Assembly (NCBI GenBank): GCA_913043255.1
Contig: CAJWLK010000001.1
Location: forward strand, 324,288 to 388,287
Source: an uncultured Gemmatimonadota bacterium
Lineage (GTDB): Bacteria > Gemmatimonadota > Gemmatimonadetes > Palauibacterales > Palauibacteraceae
Reading direction: 5' to 3'
Length of the DNA: 64,000 bases
Positions 45,016 through 54,983 of this stretch are shown piece by piece (the first letter of the stretch is position 1; every line of letters starts with the position of its first letter). Under the pieces are notes generated by a model that was not told the DNA's origin, made no database searches, and was given only the letters and a program-made list of their open reading frames with translations. The position numbers and the translations under genes are program-made.

Positions 45016-45223
45016 GAAGATTGTTGGTAGGTAGTGAGCCCACAGCCAAGCTGTACATCCTAGGGCTACGGAAAATGGGTTCACCCGCGAGTTCAAAATG
45101 AGGAGCTTGATCTCAAGAATACCTCTTAGCGAACCTTTATCACTAGTATAACCACACTCGATTACTACTGCGGCTAACATTTACGAGCTGCTGACACCAC
45201 GAAAGATCTCTGATCTCGTAAAC

Positions 45224-47182
45224 ATGATTTCGGTATCCGGACTCAAGAAGTCTTTTGGCGACCAAACACTATTCCAAGATGTGTCGTTCTTACTCAACCC
45301 AGGAGAGTGCTACGGGCTCGTGGGTGCGAACGGATCTGGGAAAACCACTCTCCTCAATATCCTGAGCGGTGAGGAAGATCCAACCGAAGGATCCGTCACC
45401 CTACCAAAGCGTCTCAACCTAGGGATTCTCCGTCAAGACCAGTTTTTGTATGAAGACGAAGAGATCTTAGGTGTCGCTATGCGGGGCAACTTGGAGTTGT
45501 GGCAAGCCATGGTTGAGAAGGAAGCTCTAATCGCCGAAGATGGTAGAAGCTTCGATGCAGATCGATTCTCTGAACTTGAGGAAATCGTACAGCGGCATGA
45601 CGGATATTCCGCCGAAGCCCGTGCTAGCGAAATTCTCGAAGGACTCGGATTCTCTACCGAAATTCACCGACGGACCTTATCCACACTATCAGGCGGATTC
45701 AAACTTCGCGTCCTACTTGCTCAAGCGCTGGCGAGTTCACCCGACGTTTTGTTGTTAGACGAGCCCACAAACCACCTCGACATCCTCTCCATCCGATGGT
45801 TGGAAAAGTTTCTGCGAGATTTTAATGGGCCAGTAGTGGTCATTTCACACGACCACCGGTTCCTAGATAATGTGTCGACACACATACTGGACGTCGATTA
45901 CGAAACAGTCCTGCTCTTCAAGGGGAACTACACCAATTTCCTAAATAATAAACAGACTGAACGTGAACGGCGTGAAAAAGAAATCGCCACTCGTGAAAGA
46001 GAGATTGCACATCACCGACAGTTTGTGGATCGGTTCCGTGCTAAGGCCAGCAAGGCTCGTCAAGCGCAGAGCAAATTACGGCTCATAGAGAAGAAGGCGG
46101 CAAGCCTTGAAGTGCTAGCTGAAAGCTCACGTCGATACCCAATGTTTCGATTTGAACAGCAGCGCTCATCCGGCCAACAGGTACTCGACATTACCGGGAT
46201 AAAAAAGGCGTTCGCTGATAATGAAGTGCTGCATGGGGTCAACTTGACGGTGAACCGCGGAGATCGCCTCGCAATCATGGGGCCTAATGGCATCGGAAAA
46301 TCGACTTTACTCAAGATTGTCATGCAAGAACTTGAAGCCGATGCTGGCACGGTCGAGTGGGGGTACGAAACCCATCCTAGCTACTTTGCACAAGACCACA
46401 AAGAGCATTTTGAAGCACAAAAACATAGCGCCGAAGATTGGATCACGGGGTTCTGTTCCGGCCAAACAACCGGGTTCATCAGGGGTGAAATGGGCCGAGT
46501 GCTTTTTTCCGGAGACGACGCCAAAAAACCGCTTCGCGCTCTATCCGGTGGCGAAGCCGCACGACTTGTATTCTGCCGTATCGCGATAGAGCGGCCCAAT
46601 GTGCTCGTCCTCGATGAGCCTACCAATCATTTGGACCTCGAGTCGATCGAGTCACTCGTCGAAGGGCTTATAAGCTTTGACGGAACGCTTGTATTTGTTT
46701 CACACGACCGTTGGCTGGTATCGCAACTCGCAACCCGAATTATCGAAATCACTGAAGACGGGATACGTGATTATCAAGGGACGTATGAGGACTACGTTCA
46801 CTTTTGTGGAGACGATCATCTCGACGTCGATTCAGTGGTTCTCAAGGCTCGTAAGGAGAAGCGAGCAGCTAAAGCAAATACGAAAAACAATCGACGTCGC
46901 AAGAGGGCGGGAAAACCAACGCGAAGCGGCCAGAATGCCTACAAGGGGCAACACCTCAGTGAACGCCGTGATAAGCTTACCGCACAGATCGAGGACTGTG
47001 AGACTCGCCTCGCAGAAATCGATGAAAAGTTCAGTGATCCAAAGTTTTACGAAGTGACCTCTCGCGAAGAGATTCGTCGAATCGAGTCTGAGCGCAGCAT
47101 CCAGAAATCTGACGTCGATAAACTATTGACGGAATGGGAAGAAATAGAAAAGCAACTAGCCGACCTAAAATCTTCAAGCTAG
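45224..47182 (+). CDS. ABC-F family ATPase (tandem ABC domains, Uup/EttA-like) with C-terminal basic/coiled-coil tail
   Basis: There are two Walker A motifs (GANGSGKTT, GPNGIGKST), two signature motifs (LSGGFKLR, LSGGEAAR) and no TM domain. The C-terminus has a K/R-rich segment followed by a coiled coil. Confidence 0.85.
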   Translation: MISVSGLKKSFGDQTLFQDVSFLLNPGECYGLVGANGSGKTTLLNILSGEEDPTEGSVTLPKRLNLGILRQDQFLYEDEEILGVAMRGNLELWQAMVEKEALIAEDGRSFDADRFSELEEIVQRHDGYSAEARASEILEGLGFSTEIHRRTLSTLSGGFKLRVLLAQALASSPDVLLLDEPTNHLDILSIRWLEKFLRDFNGPVVVISHDHRFLDNVSTHILDVDYETVLLFKGNYTNFLNNKQTERERREKEIATREREIAHHRQFVDRFRAKASKARQAQSKLRLIEKKAASLEVLAESSRRYPMFRFEQQRSSGQQVLDITGIKKAFADNEVLHGVNLTVNRGDRLAIMGPNGIGKSTLLKIVMQELEADAGTVEWGYETHPSYFAQDHKEHFEAQKHSAEDWITGFCSGQTTGFIRGEMGRVLFSGDDAKKPLRALSGGEAARLVFCRIAIERPNVLVLDEPTNHLDLESIESLVEGLISFDGTLVFVSHDRWLVSQLATRIIEITEDGIRDYQGTYEDYVHFCGDDHLDVDSVVLKARKEKRAAKANTKNNRRRKRAGKPTRSGQNAYKGQHLSERRDKLTAQIEDCETRLAEIDEKFSDPKFYEVTSREEIRRIESERSIQKSDVDKLLTEWEEIEKQLADLKSSS

Positions 47183-47282
47183 GTCCCAAGCTCTACATCC
47201 ATATGGTCGGAGGAACTAGCAAAAAACCAAGGGAATAAGGCCACATATAAAAAGCCATAGCCCGGGGCTTCTCAGACTCTAG

Positions 47283-49646
47283 CTAACCCCGGAGTGGCCA
47301 TATCAGAGGGAGAACGAACACGACAAGCAACAACATCAACAAAAACAAAGGCGCACCAACGCGCGTGTAGTCAGTCACCTTATAACCACCAACTCCCATC
47401 ACAAGCAGGTTTACAGCGTGACCAAACGGGCTCAGAAAAGCGCACGAAGACCCAACGGCCACGACCATTAAAAGTGCATGTGGTGAGATCGAAAGCTCTG
47501 CGGCAGTACTAAGAGCAATTGGCGACATGAGCACGGCCACCGCTGAAGTTGGAACGACCTGAGCCGCAAGTCCACAAATGAGGAAGAGGCTCGCAATGAG
47601 TACACGCGGACCAACTCCTCCTGCTTGTCCTAAAACCTCTCGCGCAATCAATTCTGCGGTCCCGGATTCGCTCATAGCTAACCCGAGGGCAAGCATACCA
47701 CCGATCAGAACTATCACACGCCACTCTATAAGTCCGTAGACTTCATTCCCCTTAATACATCCGGCGAATACAATCAGAAGAGCACCAGCTAGTGCAGCAA
47801 TGTGCACCGGTAAAACATTAAGCCATGCGACGATAATAACAGAGCCCATAATGAGCGCCGCGACAGGCGCCTTCTTAACACGGAAAACTTCGCGAAGCTC
47901 AGCGGTCAGAACGAGGAAACGGGGGTCACGAGCGAGGAGAGCAAGTTTTTCGCGCTGGCCATAAACTAAAAGAGCATCCCCAAATTCGAGAGCCAGTCGT
48001 CTCATACGGACATTCGAATGAAATCCTTCACCCGCCCGCCAAATTGAGAGCAGTGTCAACCCATACGACTCTCGGAAGAAAATGTCCCGTAACGTCTTAC
48101 CCACAAGCGCAGAACTGGGAGCGAGCGTAACCTCAGCGAACCCCACATCCGTCGACTCTAGTTCACGGAGTGAAGGGTGGTCGTCTATGATTTCGAGCTC
48201 CTGCAGGGCCTCAAGAACGTCGTACCCTTTTCGCCTTCCCTCCACGATCATCATATCACCTGATCGCAACTCGTCGGTCGCCGAAGGTAAAATGATGCTT
48301 TCACCCTCGCGTTTGATCTCAAGAACCGAAAGATCGAATGCAAGGTTGAGTCGTGCCTCCTTCAGAGTGGTACCGTCTAGCGCAGAGTCAGGAGGTATGT
48401 CCAACCGCATAAGCCAGCGGTGTAACTCATACTCTTGAGTAGCTTTTCCTACATCCGTCCAGTGAAGTGCACAGAATTCGTTGGCATAACGAAGCTGTTG
48501 AAGCTGATCCTCTCGGCCAAGCAATAAGAGGGTGTCACCAGCCTCGAGATCCATCGTGGGAAAAGTGCTAGAGTGCAGTTGGCCATTTCGTTTGAAACCC
48601 ACGATGTGAGCTCTAAACCGGTTACGAAAGTCCAGTCCTCGTACGGTGTTTCCAATCAATACTGAGTCTTTGGCAATCTCAACTTCAATTAAGGCTGTCG
48701 AGTCCTCAACGAGGCGCCACAGGGCGGCTTCCGAGTTGGCCGCACCCTCAAGACGGCCCCAATTACAAATTGTTTGAAGAGCCTCAACCCGTCCTTCGAC
48801 AATGATCACATCCCCACACTCAAGCACAAAAGTTGGGTCGGGAGATCGCCGCAGGTGACCCTCGCGCCTGACTGCAAGAACGTTCAATCCCAAAGCGCGA
48901 CCCAAGCGTGCCTCCACAAGCGTTAAACCCTCAAGTGCTGACCCTTCCGGCAGCCTAAGTGAGAACAAGGTCTCTTGGAGTTTATATCGCCCTCGAAGGT
49001 TGACTTCTTCACTGGCATCTTCTTGGTCAGTCGGACGATCCGGGAGTAATCGTCGACCAACAACAACCATGTAAAAGATCCCGACAACAAGGGCAACCGC
49101 CCCAACGGGAGTGAAGTCAAACATGGCGAACGAACCCAGTCCGGCCCCATTTAGGGCTCCTGATATGAGGATGTTCGGACCTGTCCCGATAAGTGTGGTC
49201 ATCCCACCGAGGAGCGCCGCAAATGAAAGAGGAATTAACAGACGTGAAGGCTGAAGCCGCAGCCGGCGCGCAATATCCAGCACTACGGGTAATAGGAGTG
49301 CGGTGGCTGCGATGTTATTCATGATACCCGAAACCAAGCCTACAGTGAGCATCATGAGAGCTGTTACGCGAAGAGGAGACTCGCCCGCCAATCGCATCAC
49401 TTGATGGCCGACGAGGTTTGCAACACCCGTTTTGTATAATCCTCCACTCAAAACGAGCACTGCCGCGATGGTTACGACAGCAGGATTTGCGAAACCTTCG
49501 ATCGCACGGTCCATAGGGACCACACCAGTGAAGGCAAGTAAAAGTAGTACCACCACGGCAACCCCGTCGTACCGAACCCACTCAGTGACGAACAGCAAAA
49601 CTGCTATCCCGATGATCACAAGGACGAGGAACATATCCATCGTCAT
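47283..49646 (-). CDS. SLC13/DASS-family anion permease with two central TrkA_C (RCK_C) regulatory domains
   Basis: 787 aa. N- and C-terminal polytopic halves flank two soluble repeats of about 80 aa (LEGLTLVEARLGRALGLNVLAVRREG; LDGTTLKEARLNLAFDLSVLEIKREG), typical of RCK_C. Confidence 0.75.
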   Translation of the reverse strand: MTMDMFLVLVIIGIAVLLFVTEWVRYDGVAVVVLLLLAFTGVVPMDRAIEGFANPAVVTIAAVLVLSGGLYKTGVANLVGHQVMRLAGESPLRVTALMMLTVGLVSGIMNNIAATALLLPVVLDIARRLRLQPSRLLIPLSFAALLGGMTTLIGTGPNILISGALNGAGLGSFAMFDFTPVGAVALVVGIFYMVVVGRRLLPDRPTDQEDASEEVNLRGRYKLQETLFSLRLPEGSALEGLTLVEARLGRALGLNVLAVRREGHLRRSPDPTFVLECGDVIIVEGRVEALQTICNWGRLEGAANSEAALWRLVEDSTALIEVEIAKDSVLIGNTVRGLDFRNRFRAHIVGFKRNGQLHSSTFPTMDLEAGDTLLLLGREDQLQQLRYANEFCALHWTDVGKATQEYELHRWLMRLDIPPDSALDGTTLKEARLNLAFDLSVLEIKREGESIILPSATDELRSGDMMIVEGRRKGYDVLEALQELEIIDDHPSLRELESTDVGFAEVTLAPSSALVGKTLRDIFFRESYGLTLLSIWRAGEGFHSNVRMRRLALEFGDALLVYGQREKLALLARDPRFLVLTAELREVFRVKKAPVAALIMGSVIIVAWLNVLPVHIAALAGALLIVFAGCIKGNEVYGLIEWRVIVLIGGMLALGLAMSESGTAELIAREVLGQAGGVGPRVLIASLFLICGLAAQVVPTSAVAVLMSPIALSTAAELSISPHALLMVVAVGSSCAFLSPFGHAVNLLVMGVGGYKVTDYTRVGAPLFLLMLLLVVFVLPLIWPLRG

Positions 49647-51901
49647 CGCAAAATACCTCGAGTCGAAAAGCGGTCAGTTAATCCTGTACGAAGGAGTCTT
49701 GGTGAACGATTCGGGCGACGAGCGATTAATATGAGTGGCAAATCGGTTTCCTGAGCAATCGCGAGAGGAAGTTTCCCTAGCGCTGGTTGCCCGCGGTCAC
49801 CCCGCTGGATTCCCATCACAACGAGATCTGAATCTAGGGCACGTTTGATTATTGCCTCGCGTGGTTCATCCGTATATTCAAACACAACTTCATAAGGGCT
49901 CGCAGCCTCCTCCCGTGCCAATTCGCGAATAACGTGCTCAAATCGCCTTCGCGTATCCGGCTCTGTCGCTGTGGGCAAAGTCATTAGAAACGTGACTGAT
50001 CTATTGCTTGAGCGCGATAGACTAGCCAACAACCGCGCTCTTAGGTGACTATGGTCCCGGCGACCACCGAGTGGCACTAGCACACGTTCGGCTTCTGCCA
50101 TACGCCAACGGTGAGGGGCGCGTACAATAACAACATCAGCATCGAGTTCGGCAATAAGTCCCTCGAGTTTTGCTTCGATCCCATTCTTCATGAGCTTAGA
50201 GAGTCCCAGAAGGACGGTCTCACACCGGTGCCCACGCGCAACTCTAGCAATCTCCGACCATGTATCCGACGCAATGGTAAAAAGGGTTTCAGGGGCGAAA
50301 GAACTCTCGAGGCTGCGGGCCAGCGATTCGCCGAGAATTGCTTGGGCATTGCTAAGTGCCACGTCAGCATTCTCATCAGAATTTTGTAGCGCAGAGAGTA
50401 GCAAGATGCGACCTGACCCAGGCGTTCGAACCGTAGCGGCGACATCGACTAGACTAGCAGCACTCTCTGGGTTCGCTATGGGCACAAGTACGAGTGGACT
50501 CCGGCCACGCAAACGAGCCAAATCTGGATCGCGTGCCTCAGCGCTAGCATCGGCAAGTCGTGCGCTCGGAGCGAGAAGCGTCAGATATAGCGTAATCCCA
50601 ATTGCAAGCCATAGCGCAATAACCGCTCCCGCTTCAGGCACCGCAAAAGCTTGGAACAATGCTAGACCCAAACAGAGGGTAGCACCTAGGATCGGAACGA
50701 TGGGAGTGCCCCATTCGCCCGAACGGCGCCTCGCCAAAATCGCCGCCCAGTGGACGGTCGCGAACGAAATGAGGAAGATCAAGCTTGATGCTGCCCCCGC
50801 TGCGGCGACGTTACCAACTGCCATCACGATCGTGACCACCATTGCACCTGTTGCCACAACGGCAACTGCAGGTGTCCCCCTAGAACCATGCATGCGACCA
50901 ATCGGATGCGGAAGCGTTCGATCCCGTGCCATCGCGAATGCGACACGCGACGCCCCGAACAAGTTGGCATGTAGGGCCGAAAGCATCGATAGGACACCGG
51001 CACCAATCACAAGCCAGTATCCAGCCGAGCCCATGTATCGTTCAACCGCATCCGCCACGAGCCTTTCCGGACTGGCCGTTGCCAGTGTCGTAATCCCAGT
51101 CTCAGGCGAACCTACTGTTGCTAGCAGAAATAGCAGTGGGAGATAGATTGTGAGTGCAATGCCAAGCGACAAATACATAGCCCGAGGAACCGTTTTCACA
51201 GGATCTTTTACCTCACCGCTCACTGCTGCGATAAGGTCAAAGCCTTGGAGTGCAATGAATGTATAACCCATGGCCTGAAGTAGACCTACGGGCCCAGCCG
51301 ACACGAACGGACTCAATCGCCCCAAGAGTTCCGCAGGCGACTCTCCGATCCAAACCCAGCCACCGGCCGCAAGTAAAACAACGAACACGACAACCTTCCC
51401 AATAGTCACCGTACGGCCACCGGCGGCCGTACGGCGCAACAAGAGTATGGTGTATGATGTTGTAGCACCAACTGCGATGATGGTTGCTATGATGGGGCGA
51501 TCAAGCCATGCGACGGGCCATCCCAGAAGGGGGAGTAGACGGTGAAGCCCTTCGGACAAGAATACCGCAAAACCGATGGCGTACAGCACACCCGCTACAA
51601 TAGAGGCAAACCACACGACCCAACCAACTACAAATGCAACTTCGATGGAAAGAACCTTCTTCGCGTAGGTATAAGTGCCCCCTGACTCCGGAAAACGTCT
51701 GGCAAGCTGGGCAAAACTGACAATGGTTAGACAGGCGATCACGCCGTTGAGGGCAAAAGCAATGATCGCAGAAGGACCTGTTGTTGCGAACGCGATTCCA
51801 GCCAGGGCAAGAATACCACCACCCACGATAGCACCAACCCCTAGGGTTGTTGCTCCGAAAAGTCCTAGATGTCGCTCGCCGTTCATGGTTGAGCCTGTCA
51901 T
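49643..51901 (-). CDS. APC-family amino-acid/polyamine permease fused to tandem universal-stress-protein (UspA) domains
   Basis: The N-terminal 12-TM APC core is GATTLGVGAIVGGGILALAGIA. The C-terminal roughly 280 aa forms two Usp-like alpha/beta units (VLVPIANPESA..., VLVPLGGRRDHS...). Its stop overlaps the SLC13 start (4 nt). Confidence 0.75.
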   Translation of the reverse strand: MTGSTMNGERHLGLFGATTLGVGAIVGGGILALAGIAFATTGPSAIIAFALNGVIACLTIVSFAQLARRFPESGGTYTYAKKVLSIEVAFVVGWVVWFASIVAGVLYAIGFAVFLSEGLHRLLPLLGWPVAWLDRPIIATIIAVGATTSYTILLLRRTAAGGRTVTIGKVVVFVVLLAAGGWVWIGESPAELLGRLSPFVSAGPVGLLQAMGYTFIALQGFDLIAAVSGEVKDPVKTVPRAMYLSLGIALTIYLPLLFLLATVGSPETGITTLATASPERLVADAVERYMGSAGYWLVIGAGVLSMLSALHANLFGASRVAFAMARDRTLPHPIGRMHGSRGTPAVAVVATGAMVVTIVMAVGNVAAAGAASSLIFLISFATVHWAAILARRRSGEWGTPIVPILGATLCLGLALFQAFAVPEAGAVIALWLAIGITLYLTLLAPSARLADASAEARDPDLARLRGRSPLVLVPIANPESAASLVDVAATVRTPGSGRILLLSALQNSDENADVALSNAQAILGESLARSLESSFAPETLFTIASDTWSEIARVARGHRCETVLLGLSKLMKNGIEAKLEGLIAELDADVVIVRAPHRWRMAEAERVLVPLGGRRDHSHLRARLLASLSRSSNRSVTFLMTLPTATEPDTRRRFEHVIRELAREEAASPYEVVFEYTDEPREAIIKRALDSDLVVMGIQRGDRGQPALGKLPLAIAQETDLPLILIARRPNRSPRLLRTGLTDRFSTRGILR

Positions 51902-52106
51902 TTTCGAAAGCTACGGGCACTGCGCTCCAAAGTCGTATCTAGCGAACGTGAAGGTTCTGTAACCGGACCGATCGTTGTCATTGGTTTTCTTCACGGGTGA
52001 GAGTAGGGGTCACAAATGAAAGTGACCCCCGACACGTAATCTGGCCTGTCTTCTCCCGAACACTAGGTCCGCCAGCTACCCCTCGCCGGCGGACCCGGTG
52101 TACTGA

Positions 52107-53378
52107 CTATCGTTGAATCGTTCGGTAACGACCCAGATTTCGATAGCGTTCAAAAAGCCTCTCCTGCCGACTGTCATCTGGAAGCTCTTGCCCGCTGATG
52201 AACACGTGTTCCACTGAAGTCGACAGTTCAAACGGATCGCCTGACCAAACAACTAAATCGGCGACCTTTCCATTCTCGAGACTTCCCATTTCATTCTCCA
52301 AGCCCCAAACCGTAGCTGGCGCGAGCGTCACAGCCCTGAGCGCACCCGCGTGGGTCATTCCATTGGCAACGGCCAGACCGGCACTGTGACTAATCCCTCT
52401 GTCACCAGTTAGGAGCACTTCAACGCCAGCTCTTTCAAGGATTCCCGCATTCTCAAGAGAAGCGCCTAGACCATCGAACGTCGGCAAATTCGAGGGCACA
52501 TTCAATATCACAGGGACATTTGCTGCCGCGAGTTCATCGGCAACGCGCCAAGCTTCAGCACCCCCTAAAATGACCAGGCTGATCTCAAACTCTTCCTTGA
52601 GCTTGAGTGCAAGCCTCAAATCGCTAGCGCGATTCACCGTCACCACTATCGGTATCTGACCTGAAATGACTGCTTCAACGACCTCAAGCTCACGATCTGT
52701 CAAACTTGAGCGACCACCCTCAGCGAAGGGGTCCTCGTTATCATCGTTTTCGTCATGCTCTAAGGTTCTCGCCCGAGCATCCCACAGAGCATCATGGAGA
52801 CGCCGATAGTTCGCAGCTCGCGAGCCACCCGCACGTGAAGATCCACTCTCTCCCATCGCAGTGTACACCGCCACCGACTCGCTACGGAGCATAGCGTCAA
52901 GTGTTTCACCATAAAGAGCTATAACCGCACCTTGTCCTGTGAATAACTGATCACCACCGGGGACCACTACAACCGAAGTCAACCCGCGGATCCGAGCGAC
53001 CGGTATAAATGTGTTGGCTGGATTGACTGCCCACACCGGATTAAAAGAAGCACCGATATCCTCTTCACTCGTGGCAGCATCTTGTGAAGCACGCCCAAGC
53101 TCACGTAAGCCAAGTCCGGACGAAGAATCCATGAATCCTGGTGTGACCACCTTTCCTGTACCGTCTATAGTCCGGGCTCCAGATGGGACTGAAACATTCG
53201 AACCTACCGCTGTGATTCGACCATCTCGAACCACTATTGTTCCCCCATGAATCACTCCACTTGAAACCGTATGAATTTCTGCGTTTGTAATGGCGACCGT
53301 TTGAGCCAAGGTTGGCAGGGCAAACGCACCCATAAACACAATTAGCACCACGCTCATAAGACAGTTCGGGCGACTCAT
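52107..53378 (-). CDS. amidohydrolase-family protein, secreted, apparently lacking the HxH metal-binding motif (degenerate paralog)
   Basis: 423 aa with a signal peptide. At the position of the TIM-barrel HxH motif it has PGFMDSSSGLG. Downstream metal ligands are also sparse. Otherwise the fold is colinear with the adjacent paralog. Confidence 0.7.
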   Translation of the reverse strand: MSRPNCLMSVVLIVFMGAFALPTLAQTVAITNAEIHTVSSGVIHGGTIVVRDGRITAVGSNVSVPSGARTIDGTGKVVTPGFMDSSSGLGLRELGRASQDAATSEEDIGASFNPVWAVNPANTFIPVARIRGLTSVVVVPGGDQLFTGQGAVIALYGETLDAMLRSESVAVYTAMGESGSSRAGGSRAANYRRLHDALWDARARTLEHDENDDNEDPFAEGGRSSLTDRELEVVEAVISGQIPIVVTVNRASDLRLALKLKEEFEISLVILGGAEAWRVADELAAANVPVILNVPSNLPTFDGLGASLENAGILERAGVEVLLTGDRGISHSAGLAVANGMTHAGALRAVTLAPATVWGLENEMGSLENGKVADLVVWSGDPFELSTSVEHVFISGQELPDDSRQERLFERYRNLGRYRTIQR

Positions 53379-54769
53379 CGTCCCACCTCCTGATCCATTC
53401 GCACCATGAAATCACCAAAAATGATCGGATCTGGCGCATTTCGATCGTACATCAGTGCGCCATCAATGAAGACGTTTTCAGCATGCGTGTAAACGCTGAA
53501 GGGATTTCCTGTCCAGATCACAATATCCCCCATCTTCCCTTCCTCGATCGACCCCGTATGACCATCAATCCCCATAGACTTAGCAGGATTAGAAGTGATC
53601 CAGCGGATTGCTTCTTCATACGAGATGTCAATTCCTTCCTCACGTACAGCTCGAAGCGCAATAGCCGAGTGTTGGTTTAGTCGTTGGATCTCAACCGGGG
53701 AGTCAGAATGCACGATCGCACACGCACCCGCCTCATGAACAAGCCCAACGTTTTCCTCTATACCATCCCACGCCTCAAGCTTGAAACCCCAATTACCAGA
53801 ACCCCACATGGATGCACAGATCTCGTTTTCAGCCAAGTAATCGCGAACTTTGTACGCGGATACTGCGTGATGGAAAGACGCAATTGAATAACCAAACTCA
53901 TTGGCGATGTTAATCATGTTGACCATCTCATCGCCCCTGTAACAATGGTTGTGTACACGCACTTCACCCACGAGGACCGCCGCGAGAGTCTCCAGTTGAA
54001 GGTCACGTTCGGGCATATCAACAGGAACCGATCCACTATCCCACCACTGCTGCCAATCGCGTAGGTATTTCTGCGCCTTAATCCAACCCATTCGGTAGCC
54101 AGCACCGTTCCCCATAGCAGAACTAGGAGCTCGACCCAAGCCGCCGTAAACTCGTTTAGGATTCTCTCCACAGGCCATCTTTAGAGCATGTGGCGCGTTC
54201 GGGAACTTCATTCCTTGAACTGTCCGAGAGGGTACATTCTTGAGTGTGACGCCACGCCCCCCAAATAAATTTCCCGAGCCAGGCAAGATCTGAAGGGTGG
54301 TCACACCACCCGCGAGTGCGTACCCAAAACCGGGGTCTTGAGGCCATACCCCGTGCTCAGCCCACACCTCGGCCGTATTCGGGTCAGTCATCTCGTTCCC
54401 GTCCTGTTGGGACTCGATCCCTGGTGAAGGATAGTTCCCAAGGTGTGAATGTGTGTCGATAACACCCGGAGTAACCCACTTGCCAGAAGCGTCAATCACA
54501 GTTGCACCCGTTGGCACATTTACGTTTGTACCAACCACAGTGATCACTCCACCTTTCATCAGAATTGAACCGCCATCGATACGCTGACCAGTACCTGTCA
54601 GAATCGTTGCGTTCTCAATGACCGTTGTCCGTGACGGAAACGGTTCGTACGTCGAGGGAAAGGGATCAGGAAAGAACGAACCCTGTTGACCCGCAATCGT
54701 CCCAGGTATGCCGACGATGACTGCAAGCACCCAGGGGATAGGCATATGCTTCACATAGTTACTGCGCAT
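53375..54769 (-). CDS. amidohydrolase-family metallo-hydrolase, secreted (intact HxH motif)
   Basis: 464 aa with a signal peptide. PGVIDTHSHLG (HxH) is present. Conserved K/H/H/D ligand positions are present (KMACGENP, VHNHCYRGD, IVHSDS). Its stop overlaps the next gene start (4 nt). Confidence 0.8.
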   Translation of the reverse strand: MRSNYVKHMPIPWVLAVIVGIPGTIAGQQGSFFPDPFPSTYEPFPSRTTVIENATILTGTGQRIDGGSILMKGGVITVVGTNVNVPTGATVIDASGKWVTPGVIDTHSHLGNYPSPGIESQQDGNEMTDPNTAEVWAEHGVWPQDPGFGYALAGGVTTLQILPGSGNLFGGRGVTLKNVPSRTVQGMKFPNAPHALKMACGENPKRVYGGLGRAPSSAMGNGAGYRMGWIKAQKYLRDWQQWWDSGSVPVDMPERDLQLETLAAVLVGEVRVHNHCYRGDEMVNMINIANEFGYSIASFHHAVSAYKVRDYLAENEICASMWGSGNWGFKLEAWDGIEENVGLVHEAGACAIVHSDSPVEIQRLNQHSAIALRAVREEGIDISYEEAIRWITSNPAKSMGIDGHTGSIEEGKMGDIVIWTGNPFSVYTHAENVFIDGALMYDRNAPDPIIFGDFMVRMDQEVGR

Positions 54770-54983
54770 GGCGACCTCCTACTTTGGTTGCGTATTTCCT
54801 AATGGGAGCTTATGTGCGAGCCTAGTGAAGCGGAAGCCAAGTGACTTGAGCCGACAATCAACGCATACTCATGGAAGTAAGCTGAGGCACCACCCATCAT
54901 CTCGTCTGAACTTCAACCCATCCCATGGAAGCGCGATGCGTCAGGAGGACAGAAAGAACCCTGCCTGCGGGAAGGGACGCCCG

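Noticed and set aside
45015-45224. Searched the 200-bp gap before the ABC-F gene and other intergenic gaps for CRISPR repeats, riboswitch-like conserved cores or IS ends
   Set aside because: No direct repeat arrays, no transposase or integrase fragments and no recognisable riboswitch consensus stretches were seen anywhere in the window.
50190-51146. 318-aa plus-strand ORF antisense to the APC-UspA transporter
   Set aside because: Its Ala/Arg/Ser-rich low-complexity translation lies opposite a well-supported transporter gene. It is a GC-skew artefact.
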